In this document: positions 9,762 to 19,671 of the stretch, in pieces
Layout: every line of letters starts with the position of its first letter
Position numbering within the stretch: position 1 is the first letter of the stretch
Source: Candidatus Uhrbacteria bacterium CG_4_9_14_3_um_filter_41_35
GTDB lineage: Bacteria > Patescibacteriota > Patescibacteriia > UBA9934
Reading direction: 5' to 3'
Length of the DNA: 64,000 bases
NCBI GenBank assembly: GCA_002791275.1
Contig: PFWT01000009.1
Location: 146,548-210,547 of the forward strand
Program-made: the position numbers and the translations under genes
The notes under the pieces: generated by a model
Seen by the model: the letters and a program-made list of their open reading frames with translations, nothing else
The model's database searches: none
Told to the model about the DNA's origin: nothing

Positions 9762-12700
9762 TTACGAACATCCGCTAGTTGAACCGCAGTTCAAACACTT
9801 ATAGCACGAGGCATTTCGCACCATAATTGAACCGCAAGTGTCGCAAGCGGGCGCGTCTGAAGAGTTATCGAAGGTCATTGTGTGTGCAGACCCTTCTTTT
9901 TCTTCAACCACCTTCACAGCCGACTCCACTGTTTTGTTAACCGCGCTCTTAAAAAGATCTGTTTGCTTAGCAACCTCTGGCACGATTTCCTCGTCTTCCA
10001 GTTCCTGTTCTTCAGCTTTTGAAGGCGAAGTGCCAACACTCATCTGATTCTCTGCGAGCTCGAAATTCACGCCAACCTTCACCTGCTCGTCTCGGCTTAA
10101 GAATTTAAGCGCCATCCAGCGGAAAATGTAATCCACGATCGACTTTGCCATACGGATATTTGGATTGTTTGTAAACCCAGATGGCTCAAAGCGCATATGC
10201 GCAAATTTATTCACCAATACCGGAAGTGGCACGCCGTATTGTAGTGCCATTGAAACACTGGTTGCAAAAGCGTCCATAAGTCCGCTAATTACCGAACCCT
10301 CTTTTGCCATTGTTACAAAGAGCTCACCCGGTGTGCCATCGTCGTAAAGACCGACAGTAATGTAACCCTTGTGTGGCCCGATTGAGAATCGGTGCGTCAG
10401 TGATCGACGTTCGTCTGGCATTCTTCGGCGACGTGCTGAATAATCCGCTGTGGTTACCTTTACAGTTTGTACAGCTGGAGTTGCTTCAGGAGTTTTTTCA
10501 GTCTTTCCCTCCTCTACCTTATTCTTTGAATCGTCATCCTTATTTGAGGTAGTGAGTGCTTGTTGTCGCTTAGATCCGTCGCGGTAAATAGCGATTGCTT
10601 TTAGACCCATCTTCCAGCCTTCCATATACACCTCTTCCACATCCAAAACAGTGGCGTCACTTGGCATATTAACTGTTTTACTGATTGCACCTGAAACAAA
10701 TGGTTGCACGGCTGCCATCATTCGAAGATGACCTAAATAGTGAATTGTTCGCTCCCCGTTTTTCGCCTTGAAAGCACAGTCGAAAACTGGTAAATCCGCT
10801 TCCTTAATGTGCGGTGCGCCTTCGATAGTGTCATTAGCGTCGATGTAAATCATTATTTCGTTGATCTCGAGCGCTGAGTAACCAAGTCTGTCCAAAGCCT
10901 CGGTTACGGTGTTATTCACGATTTTGATCATTCCGCCACCAACTAGCCACTTGTACTTTACTAGCGCAATGTCTGGTTCAACCCCGGTGGTGTCGCAGTC
11001 CATAAGAAAAGCAATAGTACCTGTCGGTGCTAACACAGAAATCTGCGCGTTTCGCAAACCGTGTTTAGAACCGTGGTCAACCACGTTGTCCCAACACTTT
11101 CGAGCTTCGAAAAGTAGATCAGACGGTACACCCTCTGGCTTCATATCGTAAGAAGCCTTGCGGTGCATATGCATTACTTCGAGTGTTGGCACCTCATTTT
11201 TCTTGTAACCAGCGAATGCCCCAATTTTTTCGGCAATCTTTGCGGACTGGTAGTAAGCTTCACCGGAAAGAAGCGACATGATTGCACCTGCCATATTTCG
11301 ACCTGCCTCTGAATCGTATGGCAAACCTCGGCTCATAAGGAGCGCCCCCAGGTTTGCAAAACCAATTCCCAAGGGTCGGTAGTCATAACTGTTTTCTTCG
11401 ATCGCTGGTGTTGGGTAGCTAGAATTTGACACTGCAATTTCCTGAGCAGTAATAATTACCGCAGTGGCCTTTTTGAAAGCCTCTGGATCAAATTCCATTT
11501 TTCCATCCACGCGTTTTCGGAACTTCATTAGGTTAAGTGAAGCCAAGTTACATGCTGAGTCATTAATGAACATGTACTCAGAACAAGGGTTTGATGCGTG
11601 AATACGGTCAGTATTTTTTGCAGTGTGCCACTTGTTGATTATAGTGTCGTACTGAATTCCAGGGTCGCCACAAAGCCAAGCAGCTTCTGCCATTTTTCGG
11701 AAAACATCTTTAGCTCGATATTTGAGTGAGTCGTTTCCTGTTGTTACTTCTTTTGTAACCCACTCAGAATCTTCTAAAACGGCCTGCATAAACTCGTCAT
11801 TAACACGAACCGAGTTGTTTGCGTTTTGGAAAAAGATTGAACTGTACGCATCACCGTTCATCGAGGCATCGTAGCCAGCATCAATTAGCGCCCAAGCTTT
11901 CTTTTCTTCCTTTACTTTACACTCAATAAATTCAACCACATCTGGGTGTTCTACGTTTAGAATCACCATTTTTGCTGCCCGTCTTGTTTTTCCACCACTC
12001 TTCACCACACCAGCAAAGGCATCAAAACCTTTCATGAACGAAACTGGCCCTGAGGATTTTCCGTTTGAACCGCCCAAAAATTCCTGCGTTGATCGAAGTT
12101 TAGAAAGATTACATCCAGCCCCAGAACCTCCCTTAAAGAGCATACTTTCGGTAGTTGCAAGATGCAGAATTGAGCGCATATCGTCCTCAACTGAGTTGAT
12201 AAAACACGCAGAGCACTGAGGATTTGAGTTAACACCAACATTGAACCAAACCGGGCTATTGAAAGCCGCCATCTGATTGATTAGAATGTGGGTTAGCTCG
12301 TCTTCAAAAATCTGTGCGTCCTTTGCTGACTGAAAATAACCGTCCATTCGTCCCCAATTAGCCATTGTTGTTGCAACTCGGCTAATGAGTTGTTTCATAC
12401 TGTTTTCTCGCTCAGGTGTACCAACTTTACCTCGGAAATACTTTTGAGCCACGATATTTGTGGCAGTTTGAGACCAATCTTTTGGTGTTTCAATACCTGT
12501 TTGCTCAAAAACTACTCCGCCTTTTGAATCCTTAATGCTAGCCGTTCGTGACTCCCACTCGATTTCATCGTATGGGTGAACGTTTTCTTTAGTAAAATAT
12601 CGATTAAACACTATTCCCTTACCATAAACTGGCACGCCGGTTTTGTTGGTAGAAGTATTTTGTTTAAAAACCATGTACTTTTTAGCCACATGGATGAGGT

Positions 12701-13007
12701 TGTTGTCTATAAGGGTCATCGACACCACTTCCCGAATATCCCCAGTGCTTGGTGTTTTGTGACCGTTATAGATCTTCTGCAAACGCGCAACGACCTGGCT
12801 AGAGATCTTGTCTGTGCGTGACTCTTCTGCAATTCCAGCAGATTTCATTGCTTCAAAAATTGAATTGCGGAGTTTGTTTGGACTAAATTCCACCTGACCA
12901 CCAGATTTCTTTGTTACATTTTTAATTGAGGTCATATAATCCCAAACTGTTTCAGAAATTTTCGAAGCACCACCCTCTTGCTTCGTCTGAATTTTTTGTT
13001 CGCTCAT
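9762..13007 (-). CDS. nrdJ: class II (adenosylcobalamin-dependent) ribonucleotide reductase with N-terminal ATP-cone
   Basis: ATP-cone (VTKKSGGQVEFSPNKL), SNPCSEY thiyl-radical loop (class II NPCGE-type) and a C-terminal Cys-rich tail CDTCGS..CYKCLNCGS. Confidence 0.85.
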   Translation of the reverse strand: MSEQKIQTKQEGGASKISETVWDYMTSIKNVTKKSGGQVEFSPNKLRNSIFEAMKSAGIAEESRTDKISSQVVARLQKIYNGHKTPSTGDIREVVSMTLIDNNLIHVAKKYMVFKQNTSTNKTGVPVYGKGIVFNRYFTKENVHPYDEIEWESRTASIKDSKGGVVFEQTGIETPKDWSQTATNIVAQKYFRGKVGTPERENSMKQLISRVATTMANWGRMDGYFQSAKDAQIFEDELTHILINQMAAFNSPVWFNVGVNSNPQCSACFINSVEDDMRSILHLATTESMLFKGGSGAGCNLSKLRSTQEFLGGSNGKSSGPVSFMKGFDAFAGVVKSGGKTRRAAKMVILNVEHPDVVEFIECKVKEEKKAWALIDAGYDASMNGDAYSSIFFQNANNSVRVNDEFMQAVLEDSEWVTKEVTTGNDSLKYRAKDVFRKMAEAAWLCGDPGIQYDTIINKWHTAKNTDRIHASNPCSEYMFINDSACNLASLNLMKFRKRVDGKMEFDPEAFKKATAVIITAQEIAVSNSSYPTPAIEENSYDYRPLGIGFANLGALLMSRGLPYDSEAGRNMAGAIMSLLSGEAYYQSAKIAEKIGAFAGYKKNEVPTLEVMHMHRKASYDMKPEGVPSDLLFEARKCWDNVVDHGSKHGLRNAQISVLAPTGTIAFLMDCDTTGVEPDIALVKYKWLVGGGMIKIVNNTVTEALDRLGYSALEINEIMIYIDANDTIEGAPHIKEADLPVFDCAFKAKNGERTIHYLGHLRMMAAVQPFVSGAISKTVNMPSDATVLDVEEVYMEGWKMGLKAIAIYRDGSKRQQALTTSNKDDDSKNKVEEGKTEKTPEATPAVQTVKVTTADYSARRRRMPDERRSLTHRFSIGPHKGYITVGLYDDGTPGELFVTMAKEGSVISGLMDAFATSVSMALQYGVPLPVLVNKFAHMRFEPSGFTNNPNIRMAKSIVDYIFRWMALKFLSRDEQVKVGVNFELAENQMSVGTSPSKAEEQELEDEEIVPEVAKQTDLFKSAVNKTVESAVKVVEEKEGSAHTMTFDNSSDAPACDTCGSIMVRNASCYKCLNCGSTSGCS

Positions 13008-13109
13008 AGCATTTGCGGATAAAATTAATTAGATGATTACGGTTATGAATTCGAGGCGAAAAAAATTGACCCCCTGACGGGATCCCACTCTTTGCCCCCG
13101 AACCTTATA

Positions 13110-13157
13110 ACACCATATGTTGTGTCTCCAAAAGGATTGTACCACAACATATAGTGT
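13110..13157 (-). promoter_or_regulatory. tandem NrdR boxes upstream of nrdJ
   Basis: acaccatatgttgtgt and cacaacatatagtgt, both close to the NrdR palindrome consensus acaCwAtATaTwGtgt. Starts are 32 bp apart (about 3 helical turns), 100-150 bp upstream of the start codon. Confidence 0.6.
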
Positions 13158-13219
13158 CTCTCGATACCTAATTGTGGATAAGGTGCGAGTAAGTTTGGTT
13201 GCTATTTTGAATTCAAGTT

Positions 13220-13810
13220 TTAGAATCCCATACTTAAATTAATGACTGGTTTTTCTTCTTTAACCTCAGCGAAATCTATGTTCACCTGCCGTCTCTGACC
13301 CGTTCGGTCGTCAAATAAAACATAGCCGTTCCTCTTTCCAAACTCATAAACTTCCTTGGTCACTTTCACGTCTTGCTGACAGTAATTAATTACCTCTTGA
13401 ACCTTACCCTCTCGCCACCACTGCACCGCAAGTAGTCCGTGGGCACTTTTTTTGATGCCAATTGAAGCTACGGCTACGTCGTCGAGCTTTATTCTGTAGC
13501 CTAAAGACTGGTGAATATGCGCAAGCATATCGCACTGGGGAATATTCATTAGATCACCAACATAATATTTGTTCAGCACCGGAATATCGAAACCTATTGT
13601 GTTGTAGCCAATAATTCGACCATTTCGCTCCAGTCTTTCAAATAACTTTGGTAAATCCTCGACTAAATAGGATTCATATTCGTCTGTAGCGTAGTAATAA
13701 GCAACAACCACAGAAACATCTAGCTTTTCTGGAAAATAACCCCCAACATCCTGAAAAGTATTAGAGGTTTCAATATCTAAAACAACTTCATTACTTACTT
13801 CATTATTCAT
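13220..13810 (-). CDS. predicted 3'-5' exonuclease, RNase H-like fold (PolB-exonuclease-like / YprB-like)
   Basis: LDIETSN (exo I), IGYNTIGFDIPVL (exo II), YCQQDVKVT (exo III). Confidence 0.6.
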   Translation of the reverse strand: MNNEVSNEVVLDIETSNTFQDVGGYFPEKLDVSVVVAYYYATDEYESYLVEDLPKLFERLERNGRIIGYNTIGFDIPVLNKYYVGDLMNIPQCDMLAHIHQSLGYRIKLDDVAVASIGIKKSAHGLLAVQWWREGKVQEVINYCQQDVKVTKEVYEFGKRNGYVLFDDRTGQRRQVNIDFAEVKEEKPVINLSMGF

Positions 13811-13960
13811 AGTGCGAGTATTGTATCATATTAAAACTTCATTCGTTAAGTTAAGTTATTAAGGCTAATTTACCGTAAATAATGGAGGTTAACCAAAAAT
13901 ATTTTTTAATAAAAAAGCTCGGCACCACTTAGGTTACCAAGCTTAAGTTATGCGAAAGCG

Positions 13961-14182
13961 TTAACTTACATAGATAGTGACGGGGTAGATAACCCCGTCG
14001 TGCAGAAATGTCTTTTCTGTAGTCGCCTCGGCACTTGTGGCCCAAACGACAATTTCAGGGGTTGCCTCGCCGACAATTGTCGGCTGCACCGCCTCGAGCC
14101 ATAACTCGTTGCGGAGCTTCTCAGCCAGCGCCCGTGCAGCCCGTAACAAACGAGTGTTTGGCGGGCAATATTCAGCTTTCAT
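13961..14182 (-). CDS. small hypothetical protein (GC-rich islet)
   Basis: GGAGGT 5 nt before the ATG at 14182. TTGACA-17-TAGTTT promoter at 14200-14228 on the minus strand. The ORF track starts at a GTG at 14194. Confidence 0.45.
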   Translation of the reverse strand: MKAEYCPPNTRLLRAARALAEKLRNELWLEAVQPTIVGEATPEIVVWATSAEATTEKTFLHDGVIYPVTIYVS

Positions 14183-14199
14183 CTCTACCTCCACATTCT

Positions 14200-14306
14200 A
14201 AACTAGCAAGCAAATTGATAAATGTCAAGCTGTTCTTAGTTTGATTGATAAAAATTTAAACTAAAATTAGCCCATTATTGACAATACCAACTTTTTCACT
14301 TAATGT
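14200..14306. promoter_or_regulatory. divergent promoter pair with perfect -35 hexamers
   Basis: Minus strand: TTGACA (14223-14228), 17-nt spacer, TAGTTT. Plus strand: TTGACA (14278-14283), 17-nt spacer, TAATGT, then AGGAGG and a GTG start at 14325. Confidence 0.5.
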
Positions 14307-14324
14307 TGCAGAAAGGAGGAAAAA

Positions 14325-14738
14325 GTGGAAAATTATATTTTAGCACTTGCACTCGATAAACTCATCGATCGCGTCCTTGAAAACAAGCTAGCCCTCACGG
14401 CCTTGCGGAATACTCTACAGACCTGTGAACAGCTGGCGCTTCGAGAACAAACGGGCCGGAGAAACCTAGTATTTTGGTCAAACTTTGGCCAATACTTTGA
14501 TCAACACTGGTCAGACGCAGATCTTGAAACAGACGAAGCTGATCCCGAGATCGTGATCTACTTCATCGAACTCGTAAAAGAGTCAGTACCGGCACTTCGT
14601 GCACTTGCGGTCGCACAAAAAAACGCTAGCCTCCTAGCTAAAAACGAGGGGAAAAACAGTGAAGAAGCCTTCTGGGCCAACTTCGGAGACAACTTCACTT
14701 CGGCCTGGCTACAGCCAGATGAAGTCATTGTAGCCTAA
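14325..14738 (+). CDS. hypothetical protein with internal FWxNFG repeat
   Basis: GTG start with a strong SD. Two copies of LVFWSNFGQYFDQHW / EAFWANFGDNFTSAW. Local GC is higher than the surroundings. Confidence 0.6.
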   Translation: MENYILALALDKLIDRVLENKLALTALRNTLQTCEQLALREQTGRRNLVFWSNFGQYFDQHWSDADLETDEADPEIVIYFIELVKESVPALRALAVAQKNASLLAKNEGKNSEEAFWANFGDNFTSAWLQPDEVIVA

Positions 14739-14744
14739 CTCAAA

Positions 14745-14772
14745 GGAGCATCCGCAGATGCCCCTTTTTTTA
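14745..14772. terminator. intrinsic terminator
   Basis: ggagcatc-cgca-gatgcccc hairpin followed by tttttttt. Confidence 0.55.
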
Positions 14773-14773
14773 T

Positions 14774-16177
14774 TTACTCAAGTGAACTTGCCGCTCCAGC
14801 TATCGCTTCTGAGTATGAGGGATAAGCATGAATCATATTTGCTAGCACATCAACTCTACAGTCAACCTCCATCGCAAACGCAATTTCGTGAATTAACTCC
14901 CCGGCCCGTTCGCCGATAATATGGCCTCCTAAAATTTTTCGTGTTTTTTTGTCGACAATAATTTTTACAAGCCCTCTCCGGTCACGTTCTGTTACAGCTC
15001 GACCAAGCGCACCAATTGGGAATCGACCAATCAAAACCTCTTTTTTAAGCATTCCAGCTGTATCTGAAGTTATACCAACCGAAGCCACTTCCGGGTTTGT
15101 AAACGTAACCCTTGGTACAACTCTCATATCTCGCTTCAAGCGTGATTTTTGTTTTTCTAAAAAGTTAACAACATTATTCCCAGCAATCGCGCCTTCGGTG
15201 CGAGCTGTGTGCGTAAAAAGAAATCCTCCCGAAACATCACCAGCTGTAAAAATATGTTTAGCACTGGTTTGTAAGTCTTCCGTAACCTTAAGCCGACCAC
15301 GATCATCGACCTTTACTTTAGCGTTTTCGAGTTTGAGTTCTGAAACATTAGCTCGCTTTCCAGCTGCAACCATTACCTCATCAACAATAATATGTTCTCT
15401 TTGATGTTTACCCTCATCAAAAGTAACCCGTTTTCTGCGACCATATTTTTCAACACTTAGAGTTTTTGTATCTACATACACCTCCACCCCATTTTTCATT
15501 AACTCATGAGTAGCCAAATTCGCAATTTCAACATCTTCTCTAATTAGAATCGTTGGGTCGAGTTGAAGAATATGAACTTTGACACCAAAAGTACTGAAAA
15601 AAGTTGCAAATTCACAAGAAACCGCCCCACCACCAATTATTGCAATTGATTTTGGCAGTTTCTTCATTTTCATTATGTCTTTATAACTAATAAAACCAAG
15701 TTCCGTTAGACCTGCAATCGGTGGAATAAAATCAATCGCGCCAGTTGCAATCACAAAAGCTTTGGCAGTGTATTTTTTTTTCTCTACAACTATTGTATTT
15801 TGATCTAGGAAAACCGCTTTACCTTTTACCGTTTGAATACCAAATTCCTTAGCCAATCGGGGAATTTTTTGACCGTGGCTAGTTATTAAATCTACGATTT
15901 TATTTTTTTCTGCCATTATATTTGCAAAACTGAAACCGACACTGCCAGCACTAATTCCAAAATCTTCTAAATTTTTTGTAACTTCCCGGTATCTTTTGGC
16001 GGATTTAAGCAGGGCCTTAGTAGGAATACAGGCGCTGTTTGGACACTCGCCGCCCCAGTCTCCTGACTCTATTACCAAAACTTTAGCGCCACGAGCCTGG
16101 GCGGTTTCAGCTGCAGAAAAACCAGCTGAACCAGAACCAATCACAATCACATCAAATTTATTTTTCCCCCTTTTCAT
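14774..16177 (-). CDS. pyridine nucleotide-disulfide oxidoreductase, dihydrolipoyl dehydrogenase family
   Basis: DVIVIGSGSAG FAD fold, redox-active GGECPNSACIPTK (Cx4C) and a C-terminal IHAYPSYSE (HxHPTxSE-like) dimerisation motif. Confidence 0.75.
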   Translation of the reverse strand: MKRGKNKFDVIVIGSGSAGFSAAETAQARGAKVLVIESGDWGGECPNSACIPTKALLKSAKRYREVTKNLEDFGISAGSVGFSFANIMAEKNKIVDLITSHGQKIPRLAKEFGIQTVKGKAVFLDQNTIVVEKKKYTAKAFVIATGAIDFIPPIAGLTELGFISYKDIMKMKKLPKSIAIIGGGAVSCEFATFFSTFGVKVHILQLDPTILIREDVEIANLATHELMKNGVEVYVDTKTLSVEKYGRRKRVTFDEGKHQREHIIVDEVMVAAGKRANVSELKLENAKVKVDDRGRLKVTEDLQTSAKHIFTAGDVSGGFLFTHTARTEGAIAGNNVVNFLEKQKSRLKRDMRVVPRVTFTNPEVASVGITSDTAGMLKKEVLIGRFPIGALGRAVTERDRRGLVKIIVDKKTRKILGGHIIGERAGELIHEIAFAMEVDCRVDVLANMIHAYPSYSEAIAGAASSLE

Positions 16178-16192
16178 AATATATTGTTAAAA

Positions 16193-17191
16193 CTACAACT
16201 CACGACTAAGTAATAATTCTGCTCCATCCCATAGTCGAGCGTCGTTGTTAACCTTTAAAAAATACCACCACTCTATACCCCACAAGTATACCTCATCTGC
16301 GCCAGTTCTTTTAGCGAAGACTAGATTCTCAGCTAAATTCTCAAGAGTAAACTCAGCGTAAGCTTTGTCTAAATTATTAGTTATTGGGTATATATAACTA
16401 CCTACACCCCAAGGCTCAGCCTGCAGTTCGGAAATTATAACCTTATCTACAAAAATATTAGCAACCCTGCGTTGAATATTGTACATAAGCGCCGTGTACG
16501 GAAAAATTATTTCACCGAAATTTTTGTCATAAACTTTTCGGTACAAACTCACCCCTAAAACGTCAGCCGGCAGAGCTCGCCAGACCCAAAGTGACTGTTC
16601 ACCACTGACCGTGAGTTGAATCGGCTTATCGTCCATTGCTCTAACTAGATTTATTTCGTTTTGAATCAAGCCAGGGTTTAGTTGTAAACATTTGCCGAAC
16701 GGAAAAAATGATTCATTTTCTATTTGCCATCTTTCAACATTTTCAGAATCCCTGTAACGATTAACAGTAGCCTCAATAAACTCCATTATTTCGTAATCAC
16801 GCTCTTGCTCCTGCATTTTTTCTGCCCAGTCGGGAATAAAACATTCTGGCCAACGTGGAACTTTTTGACCAATAACTAAGGTAAGTTTTAAGTCATTTGC
16901 CCTTGCAATTTCCATTATTTTGTCCATTTCTGTGTAATCGTAAACATTATTCACTCGTTCGATTTCCGACCAGTAAATTGGTACTCGATATTTTTTTATA
17001 CCAAGATCTGAAATTGAAGCCTGAAGTACCTCAATCGGATCAAGACCCAATTCTTTCGAGTAAGTAGTTGAAAGCGTTGCGCCTATTTCTAAATTTGTAT
17101 TATTATTTTTAAAAACCAAAACACTGATTGTTGTAAACATTAAAACAATCAAGGCAAATATTAGAGTAACTCTACCCCATTTTCTGTTCAT
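16193..17191 (-). CDS. membrane-anchored glycoside hydrolase (GH-A clan TIM barrel, GH5-like)
   Basis: N-terminal TM helix, IYWSEIE and WQIENE (NE catalytic-acid-type motif). The family assignment is tentative. Confidence 0.45.
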   Translation of the reverse strand: MNRKWGRVTLIFALIVLMFTTISVLVFKNNNTNLEIGATLSTTYSKELGLDPIEVLQASISDLGIKKYRVPIYWSEIERVNNVYDYTEMDKIMEIARANDLKLTLVIGQKVPRWPECFIPDWAEKMQEQERDYEIMEFIEATVNRYRDSENVERWQIENESFFPFGKCLQLNPGLIQNEINLVRAMDDKPIQLTVSGEQSLWVWRALPADVLGVSLYRKVYDKNFGEIIFPYTALMYNIQRRVANIFVDKVIISELQAEPWGVGSYIYPITNNLDKAYAEFTLENLAENLVFAKRTGADEVYLWGIEWWYFLKVNNDARLWDGAELLLSREL

Positions 17192-17239
17192 AAGCTGAGT
17201 GATACAGACTCAGGCCGCTATTTTGACCCTGAACCAGAC

Positions 17240-18811
17240 TTAAATCTCGTCCTTTTTTTCGCGCACAAAAGAAATCCAACTCTCTACAAAGCGAATAGCA
17301 ACTTTAAGCGGTGCTTCGATGATGAAATCGAAAAAATAAATAAAGATATTGATTTTTGAAACATTGTGCGAAAGCCAGCGCCCTGCGATCACAAGAGGCA
17401 ACATAAAGAAATCAAAAAGTGTGCCGATTAGTCCGCTACGGGCGTCTGAAAGCACAACTTCTTTGGTTGACATTCTAATTCTGATACCAAAGAAAGTAAC
17501 CAGCGAAATAAAGAAGAGGAAGAGAGCAACAGAAAGCCAGGTGAAATTAAAGCCAACCAAAACGAAGCCGATCAGTCCGTAGGTAAAGAGGTACATTAAA
17601 GTGTAGGTGAAGCCAAAAAGCTTTGACCAAGCTCCGAAGCTACTTGCCTTAACCTTCACATTCAAGAGGTCGTGATCAGCACTCACAGAAAGTGCCCGCA
17701 CAGCGCTCTGGTAGTCGGTGGTATTTTTTCGTTCCTTAATACCAATTGTCAAACCAATAACAGCCAAGAATAATGGGTGGAATAGGATATTTACAAGCAA
17801 CGGAGTTGCGCTAATTTCGCCATACATTACTAAATCATATGGTACCTCGAGCGCCAAAGCTAACAACATTTTAGTGAGGAACAAAAATAGCACAGCTCTA
17901 AGCACTGTTCTTTGTAAACGTTTTCTAAATACTGTTGTTCGTTTTTTTAACTGCCTAGCAACAGCGCGATCGAGTAAATCTGGGTCGTCGAGTAGCGCAG
18001 GAAATTGCTTTGGTTCTTGCTCAATCGTATCTCTAATTACTCTAAACACGCCAGCTTTTCGTCGTAGCAAGAGTGATAACTTTCCAGTAACCGGATGCGA
18101 AAGCTGTCGTTCGATCAAGGCAATAACCGACTTGAGGTTTTTTGTAATATCTTCTATTTGTTCACGATTTGATGCGCCTGGCCAATCCGGATAGTAAAGC
18201 GTCAGAACTCTAAAACGCAAAGTTGCCTGATTTGACCTGAGTAAAATTTGATGAATCGCAATATACAGCAATAAATCCTTATCCTCACTTGATAAAACAA
18301 TCCGCGGATCCCACTCAATTCTGGACCGCATTTCTTCGTACATATAACTCACCAGAGCTTCATCTCCAACTGGTGGTGTAATTGCGTATTCAACTTCTGT
18401 TGAGAGAACATCGATGACCCAGTTAAAGGCATCCTCGCGTTTTTCGCCAAAGTCTTCGGTGGCTCGAAGTAGTGGTTCGTACTTCATGAAAATCGGAATG
18501 AGCTCATCTATAAGACGCGCCGGCACCTCTTTATTTGGGAGATACCTAGCCCAAATCAGCTCGCGAAGTAAGTCGCCAGCCATATTTTCAATTGGTACAT
18601 CTGAACCAATATACCGCTTAATAATTCGCAAAATTGCGTTACGCCGCAATAAGTGCTCCTCCTGATAATCGATCGAGGTTCTGAGCTTTTCGTAAATTGT
18701 AGCAGCTGTGCTAGCCGGTGCGCTCACTTCAATCATTTCCTCCCCCGCACTTTCTCCAAAACCAACCGGCCTGGCCAGTTGCGCTGTAAGACGAGTTAAT
18801 TTTTCAGACAT
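17240..18811 (-). CDS. hypothetical membrane protein (large N-terminal soluble domain, C-terminal multi-TM region)
   Basis: 523-aa ORF with a hydrophobic C-terminal third and no motif I recognise. Confidence 0.5.
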   Translation of the reverse strand: MSEKLTRLTAQLARPVGFGESAGEEMIEVSAPASTAATIYEKLRTSIDYQEEHLLRRNAILRIIKRYIGSDVPIENMAGDLLRELIWARYLPNKEVPARLIDELIPIFMKYEPLLRATEDFGEKREDAFNWVIDVLSTEVEYAITPPVGDEALVSYMYEEMRSRIEWDPRIVLSSEDKDLLLYIAIHQILLRSNQATLRFRVLTLYYPDWPGASNREQIEDITKNLKSVIALIERQLSHPVTGKLSLLLRRKAGVFRVIRDTIEQEPKQFPALLDDPDLLDRAVARQLKKRTTVFRKRLQRTVLRAVLFLFLTKMLLALALEVPYDLVMYGEISATPLLVNILFHPLFLAVIGLTIGIKERKNTTDYQSAVRALSVSADHDLLNVKVKASSFGAWSKLFGFTYTLMYLFTYGLIGFVLVGFNFTWLSVALFLFFISLVTFFGIRIRMSTKEVVLSDARSGLIGTLFDFFMLPLVIAGRWLSHNVSKINIFIYFFDFIIEAPLKVAIRFVESWISFVREKKDEI

Positions 18812-18836
18812 ATAGGCGTGAGGTCAGAAATTATTT

Positions 18837-19583
18837 TTAAAAGAAAGTTCGAGGACAAGAATCTTTAACTAGATCAAAAGCCTCTTCCGCCGTATCCACT
18901 ACCTGAAAAATATCCATATCTTCTCGATTAATGGTATCGAACTCTGCGTAAAGAACATCCTCAATCCACTTAATTAAACCACCCCAATATTCTTTACCAA
19001 CTAAAACCACCGGGACTTGAATTGCTTTTTTTGTTTGAATAAGTGTGAGAATTTCAAACAGCTCATCTTGGGTACCAAAACCACCCGGGAAGTAAATATA
19101 GGCTTGAGCCGAGGCTGCCAAAATCACCTTTCGGGTGAAGAAGTAGTAAAAAGCTCGTGATTTGTTCACAAATGGGTTTACTCGCTGTTCGTTTGGTAAT
19201 TGAATATTAAGACCAACCGAAACTCCGCCAGCTTCCGCAGCACCTTTATTTGCCGCCTCCATAATACCAGGACCACCGCCAGTTACTACCGTAAAGCCAT
19301 CTTGTGCCAATAAACGACCCATCTTCTCTGCTTCCTGATACCATCTGTTACTTGCCGGCAGTCGAGCCGATCCCATGATGGTCACCTCTTTGTCGAGGTG
19401 AGAGAGGAACTGAAAGCCTTCAACGAATTCAGACATTATTCTAAAAATCCGCCAAGTAATTTCAGACATTCTTGGCTCTGCGCCAGGTATTTTGAGATCC
19501 TTTTCTTCTTCCGTAAAAGGAATCCGGCAGATATTTACCTTTTCTATTTTTTTATTATTTGATTTTCCATTCATAATACTCAT
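18837..19583 (-). CDS. LOG-family (TIGR00730) nucleotide 5'-monophosphate nucleosidase
   Basis: VVTGGGPGIMEA, PGGFGTQDELFE (PGGxGTxxE). The start is uncertain because of the N-terminal extension. Confidence 0.7.
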   Translation of the reverse strand: MSIMNGKSNNKKIEKVNICRIPFTEEEKDLKIPGAEPRMSEITWRIFRIMSEFVEGFQFLSHLDKEVTIMGSARLPASNRWYQEAEKMGRLLAQDGFTVVTGGGPGIMEAANKGAAEAGGVSVGLNIQLPNEQRVNPFVNKSRAFYYFFTRKVILAASAQAYIYFPGGFGTQDELFEILTLIQTKKAIQVPVVLVGKEYWGGLIKWIEDVLYAEFDTINREDMDIFQVVDTAEEAFDLVKDSCPRTFF

Positions 19584-19636
19584 ACAAGTATTATATCACG
19601 AAACTTTGAAGCTAAGACAACTCAATAAGTTGATAA

Positions 19637-19668
19637 CAAAAAAGAGCCTTTCGGCTCTTTTAATTTAA
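19637..19668 (-). terminator. intrinsic terminator after major pilin gene
   Basis: agagcc-tttc-ggctct hairpin with A-run and T-run flanks. Confidence 0.6.
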
Positions 19669-19671
19669 TTA

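Noticed and set aside
9838-12821. Multiple 60-80-aa ORFs inside or antisense to nrdJ
   Set aside because: They are embedded in a 1081-aa ORF with conserved RNR motifs throughout and have no start signals.
9762-13007. Intein inside the long nrdJ
   Set aside because: The length is explained by the ATP-cone plus the C-terminal extension. There are no Cys/Ser-...-HN splice junction blocks or homing-endonuclease motifs.
14035-14244. Plus-strand 69-aa ORF overlapping the small minus-strand gene
   Set aside because: The minus-strand frame has a consensus promoter and an SD. The plus frame has neither.
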